In this document: in pieces, positions 29,176 to 39,773 of the stretch | Numbering within the stretch: position 1 is the first letter of the stretch | Layout of the letters: every line of letters starts with the position of its first letter | Source of the DNA: Candidatus Adlerbacteria bacterium | Lineage (GTDB): Bacteria > Patescibacteriota > Minisyncoccia > Phycocordibacterales > SBAW01 | NCBI GenBank assembly: GCA_963749085.1 | Contig: CAVVLG010000002.1 | Span: forward strand, 370,085 to 434,084 | DNA: 64,000 bases | Direction: 5' to 3' | Position numbers and translations under genes: made by a program | The notes under the pieces: model-generated | Databases searched by the model: none | Told to the model about the DNA's origin: nothing | What the model saw: only the letters and a program-made list of their open reading frames with translations

Positions 29176-31299
29176 TTAACTATTTACACACTCGATTAAC
29201 AGTTTTGCATATTGAGCCACACTTGAGCTTATATCATAGCGTTGCGCAGTCTCTGTAGCATGTGCACGGAGTGCGTGAGAATCGGCTTGGACGAGTTTCT
29301 CTAAAGCCCCTTCAACCGCTTCAGCGCTCCGGTTTGGGATAAAAAAGCCATTCGCGCCGTCTTTGATATATTCATCAGGACCTGCAGTTTTAGTGGTCAC
29401 GACTGGTAACCCGGCTGCCATCGCCTCAATGCACACAAGGGAGAATCCTTCAATGTCGGAGGTAAGTACGAATGCATCACTCGCTTTATAAAATTTTACG
29501 ATATCACGACGTGTGCCAAAAAACGTGACGGAGTTGTTGAGGTCAAGGGCGTTAGTGCGCGTTTCAAGTTTCGGACGCAGCCAGCCCTCGCCCACTATCG
29601 CCAGCTTATACGTGGGAAATTTTTTGTGGAAAAGCGCAAAACCGTCGAGCAAGAGCTTTTGATTTTTTTGAGGCGACAGGCGTCCCACAGTAAGTACTGG
29701 CTTGTTTGCCGGCTTAAACCCAAGTTCGCTCTTGAGTTCTTCTTTTGCAGGCAAGGCCGCGGAGTGTTGTGTAATTTTTGTATGTCAACGCCATTGTGAA
29801 TGACGACGACTTTGCTTTGGGATTCCTCCTGTGCGGCGGTAGATTCGGCTACCGTTTTTGAAACTGCAACAATGCGATACGAGACACGCGCTAACCAACG
29901 ATCAACAATAAGCTGTGTCCGTGTTTTATTAACATAGGTATTATGCTCGCACGGTATTACAGCGTAGCCAGAGAAGGAGTTTAGTGTGCTAATTACGGTA
30001 TTGCTGAAATGTGAGGTTAGAGACGACTATATCCGGCTTAAGGGCTTGGAGCGCCCGGTACAGTCTCCACCATGAGCGGATGTCATGCAGACTTTTAAAA
30101 TCAAAATGGAGCGTGCGTACAGACGAAGGAACTTCTGCTAAGAAGTTTTCTTCTGGGTTCTGTCGCAGGGTTATGAGGTAACAGCCAAAGCGTGTTTGAT
30201 CGATGCGCTGATCTTCTACCGTGAGACGTTCCGCCCCACCGATGCCGAGATCGTTGATCCCAAAAACCACTTTTATCTTTCTTCGTGCGCCAAAAATCTC
30301 CGCGAGTTTTTCCGCCAAAAGCTTAAGTGAATGCTCGCGCTCCACGTACGCTCGACATGATTCCGAGAGTTCGGCGCGCTCTTTGACATTCATCGCGATT
30401 GCCGCTTGGAGGCCGCGTGCCACGGCTGCCGACTCTAGAGAAACTATAAATTCAGAAGGTAGAACGTCCAGCAATCCGCTATTGGCACACACTATTGTGC
30501 ACCCACTCGCCATTGCTTCAAATATTGTCTTGTCAAAGCTCCCCGAAGGGGTGAGGTTGACATAAATTGCATGAGCCCGATACAGATCGGGAGTTTCCAC
30601 ATTCGGCACCCCGGGAAGAAAAGAGGCACCCGAAAACCCCCGATAGCGATATGCAAGGGCTTCAGCATACTCCTCATTGCCGGGCGTTGGATCCCCATAG
30701 ATGTGCGCTTCATAGTTGACGCCGCGGCTTGAAAGTTGCTCGAGCGCCGCACAAAAGAGATCGGGTCTCTTTATCTCATCGAGCCTACCCAAAAAAAGCA
30801 GCGAGCCCGGCGTTGCTGGTGACTGGGGCGGCACAAAAAGTCGCGTATCAATACCCGCCGGCATCTTGACCCCATGGGTGAAACGGGCCGTGTAGGATTC
30901 CGGCGACACGTAACAGAGCGAGTTCGCGAGGCGGCAGGCAAGCGGCGTCATCCACGAGCCCGTCTTGAAATTGCGCCAGAGGACAATTTTTTTTCCGCAC
31001 AGCCGCCACCACCATCCGCCGAGCATGACGTACTCTTCGTTCATATGCACGAATACGGCATTGTAGCGCAGCGACCATATGTAGCGAAAGAAATAAAAAA
31101 CGTATTTAGATCGCGAGCGACCCCGTTCCTTGCCGAGCGAATATACCCGAACGTTTGCAGGCAATGTGTGCCTTCCCTCTTTGAGACAGACCACCGATAT
31201 CTCTGCAAACTGCGGGGCGAATGCTTCAAGCCATCCGTGGAAAAATCCGAGCACCGGATCGTCCACGTCGACCGCCTGTGTAAAGATAAGGAGATTCAT
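29176..31299 (-). pseudogene. Tandem double GT4 glycosyltransferase with at least two frameshifts
   Basis: First GT4 (DKTIFEAMASG) is fused to a second GT4 N-terminus (GGAER). The frame breaks near 30008 (continues SNTV...CEHNTY...IHNGVD) and near 29760 (continues ...EGFSLVCIEAMAAG). Confidence 0.75.
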
Positions 31300-32138
31300 A
31301 TTTCCTTGCCATAGACGCCACGAAGTAAACCGAGGTCTTTTTTGCTTTGCTTGAGCAATTCGATATTCTTCCGCTCCAGAGCCGCGAGCACCTCTTTGCC
31401 ACGAGCATCGCCCGGACACAGGGTGTCATAAAGTTCGCGAAATGCGGCAAAATCCTTAATGAAGCACCCGCCGCCTGCGCCTCGCCCGCTCTTGTGCACC
31501 GGTTTGCCGTAACGATTGGCCACGTACGGATCGTGATCCAGCGCCCCGCGCACCTGCTCCCAGTCAGCTCCGAGAGCCGCGGCGGCATCATAGAGTACGT
31601 TGGCGAGCAGGATCTGAACATAACCGTTGAGATTGTGCGAATATTTGATAAGTTCAGCTTCGGTGCTCGTGCATACCTGCACAAACGGCGCCTTGGGCAA
31701 TACCTCGCTTACTGTATTCGCGGCCACCCGGTGTATTGCGTCAGAGACGGGGAGTCCGAATATATTGGAGAAAGGATGCGCCGCATCGTGGGCGGCGCTC
31801 GCTTCACTGAGGAACTCGGGGGAGTACAGCAACACAATATTCGGATGTTCCTTCTGAAGTCGTTCAGTCGTACCCGGCAGCATAGTCGACTTCAAGACCG
31901 CAATTTTGCTTCTGCCGATTAATGACAAGACACTCTCCACGATGCCCACATCAAAGCCTCGTAGCGTTGTTGGAGTCGGTACTGCGATGAAGACGATGTC
32001 GCACTCCTTTATTTTTTTCTTATTCGCCACATAAGGCTGCTCGAGCGCGTACCGCACGACTGAAAAACCGCGCCGCTCAAAATCGTCGGCGTAGTTCTTG
32101 CCTATCCAACCCTGTCCGATGAAACCTATACGTTGCAT
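31296..32138 (-). CDS. UDP-glucose/GDP-mannose dehydrogenase family protein (short, no C-terminal domain)
   Basis: GQGWIG, AVPTP, KST, PEFL, AELIK, GGGCFIKD. Confidence 0.85.
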   Translation of the reverse strand: MQRIGFIGQGWIGKNYADDFERRGFSVVRYALEQPYVANKKKIKECDIVFIAVPTPTTLRGFDVGIVESVLSLIGRSKIAVLKSTMLPGTTERLQKEHPNIVLLYSPEFLSEASAAHDAAHPFSNIFGLPVSDAIHRVAANTVSEVLPKAPFVQVCTSTEAELIKYSHNLNGYVQILLANVLYDAAAALGADWEQVRGALDHDPYVANRYGKPVHKSGRGAGGGCFIKDFAAFRELYDTLCPGDARGKEVLAALERKNIELLKQSKKDLGLLRGVYGKEI

Positions 32139-32140
32139 AA

Positions 32141-33226
32141 TCATAATAGTGTATTTTGCCCAATGCGCGCGGTATATAATTCTTGTATGTGCTCCATGTA
32201 TTCTCCCTCGTTTACGTAAGACTGCAGCTTCAGAATCCCGGGTTGGCGTGGTCCTTTGAGCCACAAGATAAGCGCTTCTGCATATTTATCTTGATCATCG
32301 CTTGCAATGAACGCGCCCGCCTCCCGCGCTATGCCAACATCGGTGGAAAGCACCGGCACTCGTGCGGCAAGCGCTTCGATGATGACCATGCCGTATCCTT
32401 CGAAAATCGAGGTGACGAGCAAAAGATCCGCCTGAGTATAATAAGGGACAGGATTGGACACGGCGCCCGTAAACTCAACCCATTCCCCAACCCCCTCGCA
32501 ACTGGCCTTCTCCTTGAGTGCTTTGAGAAGGTGCCCTCCGCCAACAAACGTGAGTCCGACCGCATATCCTTCCCGCCGCGCGGCGATGAACGCACCAAGC
32601 GCAAGCTCGGGATTCTTCTCCTTTTCCATGCGTCCCACCCACAGAAGCGAAGTTGTAAATCGCGGATGCTTCCTGTGGGTGATAACGCTAAAGCGCTGCG
32701 TATCAACGTAGATGGGCAGAACGCCAAGCGGCACGGTCAGGCGATAACGTTTCAACACTTTCTCTCTAAGAATATTCGACACAGTATAGCCGCCTTGTGC
32801 GTGGCGCAGCACGAATCCCGCGATAAGCACACGCAGCCGGTTGAGGAGCGAGTGTCGGACGAAAGATGGCGAAAGGAAATCGGTATGCATTTCAATCATG
32901 AGCGGTACCCGCCAGTAGCGGGCAATGAGAAGCGCCACGAGACCCGTCTCGAATGGATCTTGCGCCGAAACTGCGTCGGGGCGCGGCAGATGCCGCACGA
33001 TGCGAAGAGCATCCAAACCGTAGAGAAGTCTTGAGCGGGAATTGGTCGGATAGGCATGGACGCCTGGCGCAAGCTCCTGCGCTCCCGTGGCGCCATATGC
33101 GCGCACCGCAAAGACTATGGAATCAAGCCCTTCGGTATACCCCTGACCAAAGCGCGCGATGCGTGCGCGCACGGCGCTCCCAGGCGTAAAGATAGTCCGG
33201 TCAGTGCCGATAAGCATCAGGCGCAT
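32141..33226 (-). CDS. Glycosyltransferase family 4
   Basis: WVGRMEKEKN, EGYGMVIIEAL. Confidence 0.9.
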   Translation of the reverse strand: MRLMLIGTDRTIFTPGSAVRARIARFGQGYTEGLDSIVFAVRAYGATGAQELAPGVHAYPTNSRSRLLYGLDALRIVRHLPRPDAVSAQDPFETGLVALLIARYWRVPLMIEMHTDFLSPSFVRHSLLNRLRVLIAGFVLRHAQGGYTVSNILREKVLKRYRLTVPLGVLPIYVDTQRFSVITHRKHPRFTTSLLWVGRMEKEKNPELALGAFIAARREGYAVGLTFVGGGHLLKALKEKASCEGVGEWVEFTGAVSNPVPYYTQADLLLVTSIFEGYGMVIIEALAARVPVLSTDVGIAREAGAFIASDDQDKYAEALILWLKGPRQPGILKLQSYVNEGEYMEHIQELYTARIGQNTLL

Positions 33227-34302
33227 ACTTGTTTGAGGACATCCGCAAAAGCAGACATCGCTACAGCGGTTGAAAATTGTTCTGCCTTGCGTTGTGCAGC
33301 CTGGACTCGCCCGTGCCATAGCTCCGGATCGCTCTGTATGCTTGCTATCGCTTCCCTAAAAGCAGCCTTGTCGTCGGGCGCGCATAATACTCCCTCGACT
33401 CTATTGGTGATAAGTTCCGGGACACTTCCCGCCGTCGTGGCTAGCACGGGCACTCCCGCCATCATGGCCTCAACTATTTGAAATGAGAAACTTTCAAAAG
33501 AGGTGTTGAGCACAAATGCGTCGGCAGCCTTACACCATCCCAGTACCTGTGGGCGCGAAAGAGATCCGGTGAAAAGAACTTTGTTTTGAAGCCCTAATTC
33601 CCGCGCGCGTCGCTCCAGAAATTGCCTCAGCGGCCCATTGCCGATTATGACCAGGCGCCACTCGGGCAACGAAGGGAGGAGTTCGATGAGCATACCGAAG
33701 CCTTTCCAAGGTACGAGCCTTCCGCTAGACACCATGACGTTTCCCTCCGGAATATTCTTTGGTAATTCAATGGAAATTGGCATCTGAATTCCGAGGTAAA
33801 CACAACGTATTCGGGTAGAATCTATACCCCAGTGGCTAGCCACGCTCTCAAAATAATGGCTGGGGACCAACACAAAAGCTGCTGAATGAACAACGAAGCG
33901 CTGCACGCGGCGCAATACTTCGACCTGCCAGGCATAGGTTCGGACTTGGAAATCATCAAGGGAGTCTAAGACACCAAAACGTTGCTTCCCTTGCTCCCAT
34001 GCGTAATCTCCCGGTACCCGAACGATGAGCGGCGTACCACTCAATCTGGCGGCAAACGCAGCGGGCAAACCAACTGATACTGTATCCATGGCGACAATAA
34101 CATCGCAGTGAAATGCATGCACAAAGAGGAGAGAAAAATAACCGAGATGACGAATACCGGGTGGAAAACGACGAACCCTCCTGAAGGGAACAACCTCAAC
34201 CGAGATCCCGAGGGTGGGCAATATCTCCTTCATGCACTCCGCATCCGTTGCTGGGCCGCCGCTCTCCGGAGGATAGAGCCCGGCTGCTATCAGAATCTTC
34301 AT
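33217..34302 (-). CDS. Glycosyltransferase family 4
   Basis: YPPESGG, GRLVPWKG, ESFSFQIVEAM. Confidence 0.9.
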   Translation of the reverse strand: MKILIAAGLYPPESGGPATDAECMKEILPTLGISVEVVPFRRVRRFPPGIRHLGYFSLLFVHAFHCDVIVAMDTVSVGLPAAFAARLSGTPLIVRVPGDYAWEQGKQRFGVLDSLDDFQVRTYAWQVEVLRRVQRFVVHSAAFVLVPSHYFESVASHWGIDSTRIRCVYLGIQMPISIELPKNIPEGNVMVSSGRLVPWKGFGMLIELLPSLPEWRLVIIGNGPLRQFLERRARELGLQNKVLFTGSLSRPQVLGWCKAADAFVLNTSFESFSFQIVEAMMAGVPVLATTAGSVPELITNRVEGVLCAPDDKAAFREAIASIQSDPELWHGRVQAAQRKAEQFSTAVAMSAFADVLKQVCA

Positions 34303-34311
34303 GGTTGTATT

Positions 34312-35478
34312 TTAGCTTGTTTGGAGGACCGCGCCGAACACTGCGCGGCGCATATTGTGAGCGATAATATTCCAGTCGTATTTTTCAAGCACGAGCCTCC
34401 GGGCATGTTCTATAACCTTTTTTGTCGCTTCGGGGTTTCGGACGATTTCCTCGACTGTCTCGGCAATCTGTGCGGGAGAGTTCTTGTCGACTGCAAAACC
34501 GGTCGGCTCCTTGCCGGAGTTTCTCTTGGCGTCAAAAAGGAAATCAACGATACCTCCCTCCTGAGTGCCTATGACCGGCACGCCGGCAGCCATCGCCTCG
34601 ACGAAGGCATTACCCATACCCTCCGAGCGGCTCGGTCGCACAAAAATATTCGAAATGGCGAGGTACGCAGGCATCTCTTCGTGAGATAGGTGCCCTAAAA
34701 ATTGCACGCGCTGTGCGACTGCACACTCCTTAGCAAGCCTCTTCAATTTCCCTTCTTCAAAACCTACTCCAAGGATGAGAAAATGAACACTCGCCGGCAA
34801 CAAGGGAAGCGCTTGTATCACATCGTCAATGGCGTTCTTGGGTACCAGCCTTGAGGTGGTTATGAGCACTGTCTCGTCTTCGTGAATCTTCAGCCTTTTG
34901 CGAATTGAAGACGAAGCGTCACCGGAAGGCGTAAAAAAACGTTGTATATCAACGCCGTTTGGGATTATCTCAAGCGGCCCTGTAAATCCCTGCTCGCGGG
35001 CCCACCCTCCTAAATACGTTGATATCGCCTGTATGACACTTGCATGTCGAAATCCGGAATGCAGGAGAGGAGAAAACAACCTGATATGCCAGCGTTCAAA
35101 TACGTGTTCGAAGGGATCGCCTTCCTGAAGAGTGAGAATATATGGCACGCGTACCCCTAGGCCTCTCAGCAATACGATAGGCAGCGTCATGTACGACATC
35201 ATTGCCCACAGCGCATCAAAGCGGCGCGCATCGAGCTTGAGCGCCATGCGCACCGCACGGGGAATAAACAATATTTTCGATAGGTAGGAAACGCGGCCGC
35301 CGACGCGATGGACTAGAATATTTCCTATCCTCTCTTCCCGCGGCTCGGAGGGAGAGAACCGCATTGTTATCATATGGAATTCGATATCCGCAATGCGGTC
35401 GGTGATCTCTTTTATGGCAACCTCCGCTCCCCCCACGTGCGGATAATACGCGAGGGAAAAAATAAGTATGCGCTTCAT
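34312..35478 (-). CDS. Glycosyltransferase family 4
   Basis: GGAE, IPNGVD, EGMGNAFVEAMAAG. Confidence 0.92.
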   Translation of the reverse strand: MKRILIFSLAYYPHVGGAEVAIKEITDRIADIEFHMITMRFSPSEPREERIGNILVHRVGGRVSYLSKILFIPRAVRMALKLDARRFDALWAMMSYMTLPIVLLRGLGVRVPYILTLQEGDPFEHVFERWHIRLFSPLLHSGFRHASVIQAISTYLGGWAREQGFTGPLEIIPNGVDIQRFFTPSGDASSSIRKRLKIHEDETVLITTSRLVPKNAIDDVIQALPLLPASVHFLILGVGFEEGKLKRLAKECAVAQRVQFLGHLSHEEMPAYLAISNIFVRPSRSEGMGNAFVEAMAAGVPVIGTQEGGIVDFLFDAKRNSGKEPTGFAVDKNSPAQIAETVEEIVRNPEATKKVIEHARRLVLEKYDWNIIAHNMRRAVFGAVLQTS

Positions 35479-35493
35479 GCGTTTGAAGAGAGA

Positions 35494-37260
35494 TTACGGC
35501 TGCCCAAGGTCATCGACTGCCAGCATAGACCGGACTTCTTCCGGAGGCAACGCATCGCTGTCTGGTCGAGGCTTCGACATCTCGGCCTTTGGTGCCACCG
35601 TATGAAGCGTCTCCTTCAGAGACGGGGATTGTCTGGTGACTTGCGCAAGCGCTTCGCGCAAACTTTTAGCGCCTGAGAGATCTGGGCGCGCGGGAGCGGG
35701 ACGCACCGGAGTCGGTGTGTGCGTAGGACGCGGCTGTGGAGTTGGTTCGTTCTCCGCTTTGCTTGCCGCCATACGGTGTTCATAGGCCACACGCTCACCC
35801 ACTAGCTTGGCTTCCGTGTGGCGGATATCGCTCTGGAGCGGGGTATGCGGCACAGATGCCGACCGTGGCGCGGAGGATTCTAAGCTGCGCACCGGAGAAC
35901 TCTTTGGGTATTCTCCTGTTTTGGGAGGGGTAGGAAAGCGTTTGGGCTTGGACGCCTCCGGCACGGGATCGCTTTCATGCCATTTTTTTATCGCTTCTTC
36001 GACTTCGGAACGCGGTTTACCGTAGGTCGCGCGCGAATCTGCAAGCGTCTTTGCAGTCAAGTTGAGCGGTGGCGGATCAAAGGGCGCCAGCGTCGTTGCC
36101 GAGAACGGAGGCGACCCCACCCCGTCTATCATAAGTGTGAGATATATTTGTTTGAACCCGAGATTGACCAAATCGGTTGCCTCAAAGACTGGACTGAATA
36201 CCGTTTCAAGCACTTCGGCATCAAATGGCCCCACACGGAATGCGATAGTCGTCCCCACGTTGCCAAACACGGCATCGCGCACCTCCTCCTCCATTTGCTC
36301 TATGTACTGATGCGCGATGATGAGGTTCAGTTTGTACTTGCGCGCTTCGGAGAGAATGTCCGCGAAGCTCTGGTTGGCAAAGGTTTGGAATTCGTCCACG
36401 TATAAATAGAAGGAGGGCAGGCCTCTGAGCGCCTGCGCCGATGTGTCGGCGCGCGACATCGCCGCCAAATAAATTTTGGTGACCAGCATGGAACCAAGCA
36501 GGGTTGCATTGACCTCCCCCATCCTTCCCTTGGACAGGTTGATGATGAGTATTTTTCGCTCATCCATCATTTTGCGGATGTCGAACGATGATGTTGGCTG
36601 TCCCACGATGTTGCGGATAAGGGGGTTTGAGGTGAACTGCCCCACCTTGTTTTGGATAGCTGGTGTGGCATCTTGGGTGTAGCGGTCGGTATAGTTAGCG
36701 AACTCGTCGACCCAGAAGCTCTTTACTATGGGGTCGGTGACGTTCTCCACGACTTTCCGGCGGAACGCTTTATTGATAAGCATGCGGTTAATATCGAGCA
36801 TCGTGGCACCCTCGTATTCCAGAAGCGCCAGCAGCGTGTTGGAGAGTATGTACTCCATGCGCGCACTCCATGCGTCCACCCATATCTTGCGGAACGCCGA
36901 GAGAAGCCCCGAGACGACCAGGTGACGTTTGTCGTAGCCGACATCCTCCATGACGTTAAATGCTACGGGGTAGTCCATATCGAACGGCGCAAAATACAGC
37001 ACATCTTTGACGCGGTGTTCGGGCACATATTCCAAAATGCGCTCCGCAGTAGAGCCGTGCGGATCGATGAACGCCATACCTTCGCCATTACGGATATCTT
37101 GAATGGCCATGTTCTCAAGCAGGGTGGACTTACCCATACCGGTCTTGCCGATGATATACATATGACGCTCGCGGTCGCGCCGCTTTATACCAAAGGGCGT
37201 TTGCGTCCCGCGGGAATTGGTATGCGCAAAATACGTTATTTTATTGAGGTCTTCAATCAC
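35494..37260 (-). CDS. VirD4/TraD/HerA-like ATPase (type IV secretion DNA-binding domain)
   Basis: Walker A GKTGMGKS, IDPHG, Walker B YVDEFQ, LSEARKY, AHQ; Pro-rich tail. Confidence 0.88.
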   Translation of the reverse strand: MIEDLNKITYFAHTNSRGTQTPFGIKRRDRERHMYIIGKTGMGKSTLLENMAIQDIRNGEGMAFIDPHGSTAERILEYVPEHRVKDVLYFAPFDMDYPVAFNVMEDVGYDKRHLVVSGLLSAFRKIWVDAWSARMEYILSNTLLALLEYEGATMLDINRMLINKAFRRKVVENVTDPIVKSFWVDEFANYTDRYTQDATPAIQNKVGQFTSNPLIRNIVGQPTSSFDIRKMMDERKILIINLSKGRMGEVNATLLGSMLVTKIYLAAMSRADTSAQALRGLPSFYLYVDEFQTFANQSFADILSEARKYKLNLIIAHQYIEQMEEEVRDAVFGNVGTTIAFRVGPFDAEVLETVFSPVFEATDLVNLGFKQIYLTLMIDGVGSPPFSATTLAPFDPPPLNLTAKTLADSRATYGKPRSEVEEAIKKWHESDPVPEASKPKRFPTPPKTGEYPKSSPVRSLESSAPRSASVPHTPLQSDIRHTEAKLVGERVAYEHRMAASKAENEPTPQPRPTHTPTPVRPAPARPDLSGAKSLREALAQVTRQSPSLKETLHTVAPKAEMSKPRPDSDALPPEEVRSMLAVDDLGQP

Positions 37261-37287
37261 CCCCGTAGTATACCAATTTTCGAGTTC

Positions 37288-37536
37288 CTAATTGAGGGAA
37301 GAGATGCCGTTGTGTTCCGAATGAACCGGTGCTACTGGAGCGGAATTCTCGACGAAGGAGGAATGGCTTGAGCCGCGGCTGAGTACCTCGGCGCGCAAAA
37401 GAAAACCCAGGCCCATGAGCCCCAAACCGCTCGCCACTAAGAGCACATCCCGCCAGCTCCCCGGAACGCCGAGGAGATTGGTGGCGATAACAATATTGAG
37501 AAGCCCTAGAAGTATGACGCCCATCTCTTTTGACAT
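37288..37536 (-). CDS. Small 2-TM hypothetical protein
   Basis: Two hydrophobic segments; TATCAT 6 nt before the ATG. Confidence 0.65.
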   Translation of the reverse strand: MSKEMGVILLGLLNIVIATNLLGVPGSWRDVLLVASGLGLMGLGFLLRAEVLSRGSSHSSFVENSAPVAPVHSEHNGISSLN

Positions 37537-37554
37537 GGGCCTATGATAACGCGA

Positions 37555-38235
37555 TCATTCCCTTTCAACAATGACGACGAATTCGCCGCGCCGCTTGTCG
37601 GGATGGTTGCTGAAATAGTCGAGAACTTCGCTGGATGAACCTATAACGGACTCCTCGTGTAGCTTAGTAAGTTCCCTAAAGAGACCCATACGCCGGTCAG
37701 GTGCGGCATTGGAAAGGGCCTCGAGAGCCTTCATGATACGGTGCGGGGATTCATAAAAAATACTTGCTCGTTTATCGTTGGCAATCTGTAAAAAGAGTTT
37801 TTCCCTTCCCTTTTTCTGTGGCGGAAATCCATAAAAGACAAAAGACGGCGCGCGCAAACCGGCGATTGAAATCGCGGCGGCAAGAGCTGAGGGGCCCGGA
37901 ATCGCTTCTGTTTTTACTTTTGGTACTTTTTCTCGAACGACAGACACGAGCTCAAGCCCCGGATCCGAGATGCCCGGCGTACCGGCATCTGAGACAAACG
38001 CGATATGCTTACCTTGTTCAAGCAAGGAAATAATTTTGTCGAAACCTTTCTCACCACTGTTGGCATGAAAAGAAATAGTTGGGGTATGTATGTTGAAATG
38101 CGCCAGCAATTTCTTGGTAACGCGCGTATCTTCGCAAGCAATAACGTCTGCTTCTTTGAGTGTGCGTAGAGCCCGTAAGGTTATGTCTTCAAGATTGCCA
38201 ATGGGCGTGGCGATGATTGAGAGACTGGCTGGCAT
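37555..38235 (-). CDS. rsmI: 16S rRNA C1402 2'-O-methyltransferase
   Basis: ATPIGNLEDITLRA, CEDTR, SDAGTPGISDPG, YESPHR, RELTKLHE. Confidence 0.97.
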   Translation of the reverse strand: MPASLSIIATPIGNLEDITLRALRTLKEADVIACEDTRVTKKLLAHFNIHTPTISFHANSGEKGFDKIISLLEQGKHIAFVSDAGTPGISDPGLELVSVVREKVPKVKTEAIPGPSALAAAISIAGLRAPSFVFYGFPPQKKGREKLFLQIANDKRASIFYESPHRIMKALEALSNAAPDRRMGLFRELTKLHEESVIGSSSEVLDYFSNHPDKRRGEFVVIVERE

Positions 38236-38366
38236 CGCCGCACTGTAGCATATTTTGACACAGAACAAAGAATGGGATACTTTTCACAGCGCTATGGTAA
38301 ACCCGAACCGGGGTCCGCGTAGGACACCGGTTTTTTCTTCTTGCCCACGAGTGTTACATTGAATGG

Positions 38367-39767
38367 ATGCAGTGGAAAAAAGCCCATTTTATAGGCATCG
38401 GTGGCGTTGGTATGTCAGCGACCGCCAAACTGCTCAGAGACAGCGGTGTTGAAGTGAGCGGCTCGGATGAAGCAGTATATCCGCCAATTTCCAATTTTTT
38501 AACTCGAGAACATGTATCCTATGCCACACCTTATAAAGCGACGAATGTTCCCATGGATGCCGATCTTGTGGTTATCGGCAAAAATGCCAAGCTTGTTGCA
38601 GAGACGAATGAAGAGGTCGCTGCCGCATATGCTTCAGGTAAAACAATTCTCAGCTTCCCCGAAGTGCTTGCAGAACTTTCAAAGGGCAAAGAAAACATTG
38701 TGGTTGCGGGCAGCTACGGCAAGTCGACCTCTGCCGCGCTCTTGGCACATTGTCTTGAAGCATCGGGAAATCACCCATCTTACTTTATCGGTGCTTCACC
38801 CCTGCCACCTATGACCAGCGCAAAAATAGGCTCGGGAAATTTATTTGTGCTTGAGGGTGACGAATATCCATCATCCAACACCGATCCGCGAAGTAAATTT
38901 TTGCTGATGCATCCGACCCATGTGCTACTCACACCGCTCGCCCATGATCACGTCAACGCCTTCCCTACACCACAACAGTATATGCAACCATTCGCACAAC
39001 TCGTGTCGCTTCTGTCAGGCACGCTGGTCGCGTGCATTGAAAGCCCCATGAGTAGAGTATTTGTCGACTCTCTCGCACGACCGGTTGTGACCTATGGGGT
39101 GCACGAAGGAGATTTCCATGCCTACAACATCCTCTATGGCGAAACGACGACTTTTTCTTTAATCTCCGATGTGTTAGGAGCAATACCACTTGAGACAACC
39201 CAACTCGGCGAGCATAACGTACAAAACATCGTTGGCGTTGCCGCCATGCTTTTGACACTTAAGTTGAGTGATCCCAAGCAGTTAACAGCGGCGGTAAAAA
39301 ATTTCCGCGGTATCCAACGGCGCCTCGACCGCAAGTCTGAGAGAACCTTGATACCGATTTTTGAGGGTTTCGGCTCAAGCTATGAAAAATTAAGAAGCGC
39401 CATTGTCGCAATGAAACTCCACTTTCCCGACCGACACCTGCTGGTTCTATTTGAACCTAATACCATTGGTTGGAGAAGCCGGGCAGCGCTGTCGCACTAT
39501 GACGATGTATTTGCTGATGTCACAAAAGTGTATATTTTCAATCCGCCACATGACGGCAAGGAAACTCAGCTCTCAACAGACGAGATAGCGGAGCGCGTGA
39601 TACAAAGCGGAATCCCAGCGGTCGCGGTTAAGACCCCCGAACAGGTGCTCGCATTGTTCCGAAACGACCTAGAAGCCTCCAGCAGTGTACTGCTTTCCTC
39701 CTCGGGAGCTATGGGCGGTCTCGTGGAATCAATACCAAAATTAGCAGAGCAAAAATTTCCGAAATAA
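38367..39767 (+). CDS. Mur ligase, MurC/Mpl-like
   Basis: HFIGIGGVGMSA, GSD, GSYGKSTS, EGDEY, HDH, GEHNVQN, FRGIQRR. Confidence 0.85.
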   Translation: MQWKKAHFIGIGGVGMSATAKLLRDSGVEVSGSDEAVYPPISNFLTREHVSYATPYKATNVPMDADLVVIGKNAKLVAETNEEVAAAYASGKTILSFPEVLAELSKGKENIVVAGSYGKSTSAALLAHCLEASGNHPSYFIGASPLPPMTSAKIGSGNLFVLEGDEYPSSNTDPRSKFLLMHPTHVLLTPLAHDHVNAFPTPQQYMQPFAQLVSLLSGTLVACIESPMSRVFVDSLARPVVTYGVHEGDFHAYNILYGETTTFSLISDVLGAIPLETTQLGEHNVQNIVGVAAMLLTLKLSDPKQLTAAVKNFRGIQRRLDRKSERTLIPIFEGFGSSYEKLRSAIVAMKLHFPDRHLLVLFEPNTIGWRSRAALSHYDDVFADVTKVYIFNPPHDGKETQLSTDEIAERVIQSGIPAVAVKTPEQVLALFRNDLEASSSVLLSSSGAMGGLVESIPKLAEQKFPK

Positions 39768-39773
39768 TAGTGT

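Noticed and set aside
38298-38340. Hairpin AACCGG..GTCC-GCGTA-GGAC..CCGGTT followed by a T-run between rsmI and the Mur ligase
   Set aside because: Terminator-like, but it sits between divergent genes and no transcript can be assigned
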